From Albugo candida (Eukaryota): 64,000 nt of DNA. The stretch's first letter is position 1, and every line of letters starts with the position of its first letter. Where the stretch lies: contig JBDOQK010000008.1 in the NCBI GenBank assembly GCA_040437565.1, positions 124,001 through 188,000 of the forward strand, given 5' to 3'. Both the position numbers and the translations under genes were made by a program. The notes beneath the pieces were generated by a model that saw only the letters and a list, made by a program, of their open reading frames with translations, had not been told where the DNA came from and did no database searches. Positions 60,307 through 64,000 of this stretch are shown one piece after another.

Positions 60307-61433
60307 TTAGCGCATTCTTATCTTTCCTTCTATGTCGCCCGCTTTGCCGCGCCGACCAGATCGATCCATCTCTTTCTTCGGGGAAGAGTGTTCGTACTTG
60401 TCAAAGCTTTCCTGTTGACAGCGCCTGAATTCAAGGACGGGTGCGTACTGATCATTGTGTCAGCATAGAAGATACCAGTACATTCAAGAAGAGCCTTACT
60501 TTGAGGTTCAGATGTCGTGCGAGCAAAGACCTGAATAGACCTGTTTTCTGTAATAGTCGACGCTCTAATGCATCAATCTTGCGCTTAGCAATCTGCTGAT
60601 TAGCTTGGTTCTTTCGCGCTGGCGTCCAGTGTAAAACCACACGACGTAAATCAGGAGATGCGCTATTCTGAAAGCTCATAAATTACATGAGATCTGAGAG
60701 AGAGTCAGTCATTTCTAGATAGATAACCTCGGTGACAAGCGGATAAATGGCATAATCAGTCGCATCTGCGTCCGATAACAGCCGTTCCTGTATGAAATTT
60801 TGAACCTCAAATCCAACTCTTTCCTGACGATGTGACACCCGCTCTCTTTGTCCTTCAGACTGCACCTTGATCAAAGGCACCTGCTGTTTGCTCCCTGAAC
60901 ACGGTTTAATTCAATTAAGCGATTTCAATGATTCTGTGCGACATACTTGCAATTCTCTTTTTTACGCCATTCTGAGTCTCTGATTTATTCGAAGATTCCA
61001 AAAGTTTGATGAGTTTATGTCGTGGTATTAATTGAGCCAATTCTTCTTCTTCTTCTAGCTCTTCCTCATTATCTGCTTCTCTCCATCCAAGTACTTCTCT
61101 GGGACTGTCATTATTGTCCGTCTCATGATCTTCGCCCCAGCTTTCCAGTAATCTAGGATTGCTACGAAGCTCTTTATGAAAGTCTTTCGTATTCATTTCG
61201 AACAAATTCGTGAACTCTGCCATCCTTTGATACATTTCTGCATCAACATTACGTATATCTCCGTCGTCGTCGGTGATTTGAGACGAATCGCCAAGTCTAT
61301 TGCTTATTCTGTGTGCAGACTGTCTTCTTTTGTTACGAACGCACAAAGGAATGGATGAATGCACTTGTCGTGCAGTCAGATGTCGTAAGAAGAGTGAGAC
61401 ACTTTTACTGATTCCAAACGTTTGACGCCACAT
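60307..61433 (-). CDS. RBFA: Mitochondrial ribosome-binding factor A-like protein, multi-exon
   Basis: Basic transit-peptide-like start; RQERVGFEVQ..LVTE|..ASPDLRRVVLHW..GLFRSLLARHLNLK|YAPVLEF matches RbfA motifs. Confidence 0.75.
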
Positions 61434-61474
61434 TGTATGTGAACCACTTATATCGATAATAAATCAAACAAACA

Positions 61475-63024
61475 ATGGACTCCAAGCTCTCTGCACCAAT
61501 TAGTTTGGACCCATCCCTCTCCAGCAATACGACTGCGAAACGTGAATTGCAATACGCTGATAAGAAGAATGCTAGCAAAAAGCACAGGAAAGAAAAGTTT
61601 CAGACACCAGAACCAGAATATATTATCAAAAATGGTTTGTCGCATCAGCGCTCTCTTCTTTATTACTTATCGTCAAGTCGTTACATGTAATCTCAGGATA
61701 TCGACTTGTGAAGCCTTATGTGTACGAGTACCAAGCCTTTGCGAAAGAACGGTGGTACAAAAGGGAATTATTCGATGTATTGACGACTGAATTTGGAGCC
61801 TACACAAGCCAATATTATGTAAAGGTTTATCTAAGATGATAGCCACGAGAATTGATGATTTTTCCAGGATGTCGCGGTACGCTCTGGGCGTGTAACTGTG
61901 AATCACTCGATTGTCTCCCCGACTTATCAAATACAAAACGGCGATTTTATCGTCCACCGAACGCATCGACATGAGCCTCCGGTGAGCTCGGACAAAATTC
62001 CTGTCGTGCACGAGGATGATGAACTGGTAAGTCGGCTAGAATAAGCTGGAGATAGACCTAATGGTGCGGTTACGATGCAGCTGGTGGTTTCCAAGCCTTG
62101 TTCGATTCCGACACACCCATGTGGAGCGTACAGGCACAATTCTCTGCACTCAATTTTACTGCATCTATTTCCGGAGCTGAAATCTCTTCACGTTGTTCAT
62201 CGTCTAGATCGATTGACTTCAGGTACGTTTTCTCAGTGTTGACAGGACTTGAGTAGAACCTAATGATTGTGTGCCAAGGAATCGTCATATTCGCCAAAAA
62301 TGCTGCAACTGCGAAAAAACTAAGCACAGAGATGACCAAGCGCCAAGTTCGCAAGACTTATCTGGCGGGTGTCAAAGGTTCTATTCCTTTCAAATGGGAT
62401 GAAGAAACCAGAAAGCGGCAAGATGAGATCAAGGAGCGAGCTAGGGACATCTGTGACGCTAGTGAGATTTCATTCAGTGAGAAACAGATCCGAGTCAAGT
62501 GTCCATTGAGATGTTTGTCGCATAAAAATGGTGTCTGGGAGTGTCATAAAGATGGTAAAGAATCTGAGACAATTTTTGAATTGGATCAGCTCACCGTACC
62601 AACTGAGAACCGAGGTGCCTTGAGCGTGCTGAGATGCTATCCAGTCACCGGCCGCACCCACCAGATACGTCTACACCTGCAACTCATTGGACTCCCAATT
62701 GCAAATGACCCTTGTTACGGCGGAAAATTACACTTTGGAGTCAATCCAGAACTTTCAAAAACGATCGATGAGACAAAATCATCAGAGACAACAAAACCAA
62801 ATGGAAATGAAACGACAAACGGGCAGGATGTGTTCCAACATGCTAATGAAGATATGGAGTCTTATATGCAGAGACTATGTCAGAGATGCCATGACCATGC
62901 CGATGAAACCTCTTACAATCAAATACATCAATACTGTAGTGGTATATGGCTTCATGCTTTGGAGTACGAAATCGATAAAAAGAAATTTACTGCTTCTTTA
63001 CCGGCCTGGGCATGTCGATTGTGA
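61475..63024 (+). CDS. RluA-family pseudouridine synthase (RPUSD2/Rib2-like), multi-exon
   Basis: FAKERW, S4-like GRVTVN..HRTHRHEPPV, KPCSIPTHPCGAYRHNS, VHRLDRLTSG (catalytic Asp), PVTGRTHQIRLHLQLIGLPIANDPCY, IWLHALEY. Confidence 0.93.
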
Positions 63025-63158
63025 GTATTGAAGTCATTCCATGGGAGTATTATGAATGATGGGCCGAAACAGCTCTCTCTCATTACTCTCTTCACTAAGG
63101 TCAAGAAAATTGGAGATAGACTGTAAGTTCAAATCCACAACTAGACAATTCAATGATC

Positions 63159-64000
63159 CTAACGAGCCAGATTTTTGGCTTTGGCGAAGTTTGCATCATT
63201 GACTGCATGAGAGCTTGCTTCGTAACTGCAAAACACGCAATCACAAAAGGATGGATAGGATAGCAATTGATCTTGTGTATATGGCAGCAGCATGGCGTAT
63301 ACTGCTTCTGTATCAAGCTGACAGGCTCTCAACGTTTCGACTGCCTGAGCAATTGGAATGACACCTTGTTTGTGCTCATCGCACTGCCTAAACATTGATC
63401 GAAGACGTGGATATGCTTTCAGCTTTTTTGTTGGGTCAGCGGTATCATCATTGCGCTTCGGATAATTCGTCTCCAACGCCAGAGATGCTAGCATGTCCGC
63501 AAAGTCATCATAAAGGAATTCAGCTTTCGCTGTTGTCGAAGCCTCATTTTTCAAGCAGAGACAGAATCGAGCTAGAGTGACGAGTTCTTGTTCAACCAAG
63601 TTGCCAAACGGCTCAATTTTTTCCAGAATCGCACGAGCTACATCAAGGGGTAGAATTCCATTATTCTTTGAGTCTGCCTTCCGAAATATCTGACGCATGG
63701 CATTCAACTGGAAGCTAGATCCAATCCTTCTCCGGATAGAGGCTAGGATACTTTTTGCGTTAGAGTATGGAAATATATCTGGCCGACTTTCGCAAAATCG
63801 CAGTGTTGCATCATCTGTACCAATAATCTTTAGCGACTGGTAAGGCGTGAACATGAATGAGATGATTGCACCGACGTAGAAATCAGCAGCGACAAAGTAA
63901 GTGGGTTGGTCTAATGAAGCGGCAGGCATATCTTTTGAGCACTTCTTATATCGACCACGTTGGAGAAAGCGTCCGCCGATCAAACCAGTATTACTTTCAG
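63159..64000 (-). CDS. DM10-domain / EF-hand protein (EFHC1/RIB72-like), 3' part
   Basis: NTGLIGGRFLQRGRY..YFVAADFYVGA..LKIIGTDDATLRFCESRPDIFPYSN (DM10 end), then EF-hand-like FRKADSKNNGIL and FRQCDEHKQGVI. Confidence 0.8.
   Translation of the reverse strand, partial: ESNTGLIGGRFLQRGRYKKCSKDMPAASLDQPTYFVAADFYVGAIISFMFTPYQSLKIIGTDDATLRFCESRPDIFPYSNAKSILASIRRRIGSSFQLNAMRQIFRKADSKNNGILPLDVARAILEKIEPFGNLVEQELVTLARFCLCLKNEASTTAKAEFLYDDFADMLASLALETNYPKRNDDTADPTKKLKAYPRLRSMFRQCDEHKQGVIPIAQAVETLRACQLDTEAVYAMLLPYTQDQLLSYPSFCDCVFCSYEASSHAVNDANFAKAKNLAR

Noticed and set aside
3780-63024. Possible ribosome/tRNA-biogenesis gene cluster (BUD32, DRG2, ACL4, RbfA, pseudouridine synthase)
   Set aside because: The genes are scattered among unrelated housekeeping genes over 60 kb; no evidence of clustering beyond chance.
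1-64000. Transposons, tRNA/rRNA genes, CRISPR arrays
   Set aside because: No transposase, RT or integrase motifs, terminal repeats, cloverleaf or rRNA signatures, or repeat-spacer arrays were recognised by eye; small ncRNAs cannot be excluded without a covariance-model search.

Overview
Gene-dense eukaryotic genomic DNA with short (about 40-70 nt) introns, very short intergenic spacers, oomycete-type INR/FPR core-promoter motifs and flagellum-associated genes. This is most consistent with a compact oomycete genome such as Albugo (inference). About 25 protein-coding genes can be modelled. Recognisable ones: GST, COG1, BUD32, transaldolase, DRG GTPase, SAM carrier, formin, CFAP97-like, VTI1, ACL4, GGNBP2, WDR27, TMEM245-like, D-lactate dehydrogenase, HSD17B10, a PolX-like protein, a TALE homeobox gene, REEP/HVA22, RbfA, an RluA-type pseudouridine synthase and a DM10/EF-hand protein, plus several uncharacterised proteins. 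All 13 gaps of 100 N are flanked by near-identical direct repeats, which are unmerged contig overlaps (assembly artefacts) rather than biological duplications. The most striking item is invisible in the ORF track and appears only after splicing: a 6-exon secreted protein in which an OS-9-type MRH lectin domain is inserted inside a cereblon-like (CULT/Yippee) zinc domain with a degenerate tryptophan cage. Other highlights are a probably inactive family-X polymerase, a GGNBP2 homologue keeping its C-terminal CNOT11-binding helix, a formin with CCDC53-like repeats, an Rrn9-like orphan, a membrane-anchored cystatin-like/RxLR-like protein and head-to-head gene pairs only 41-104 bp apart. All gene models and family calls were made by eye; no database searches were run.
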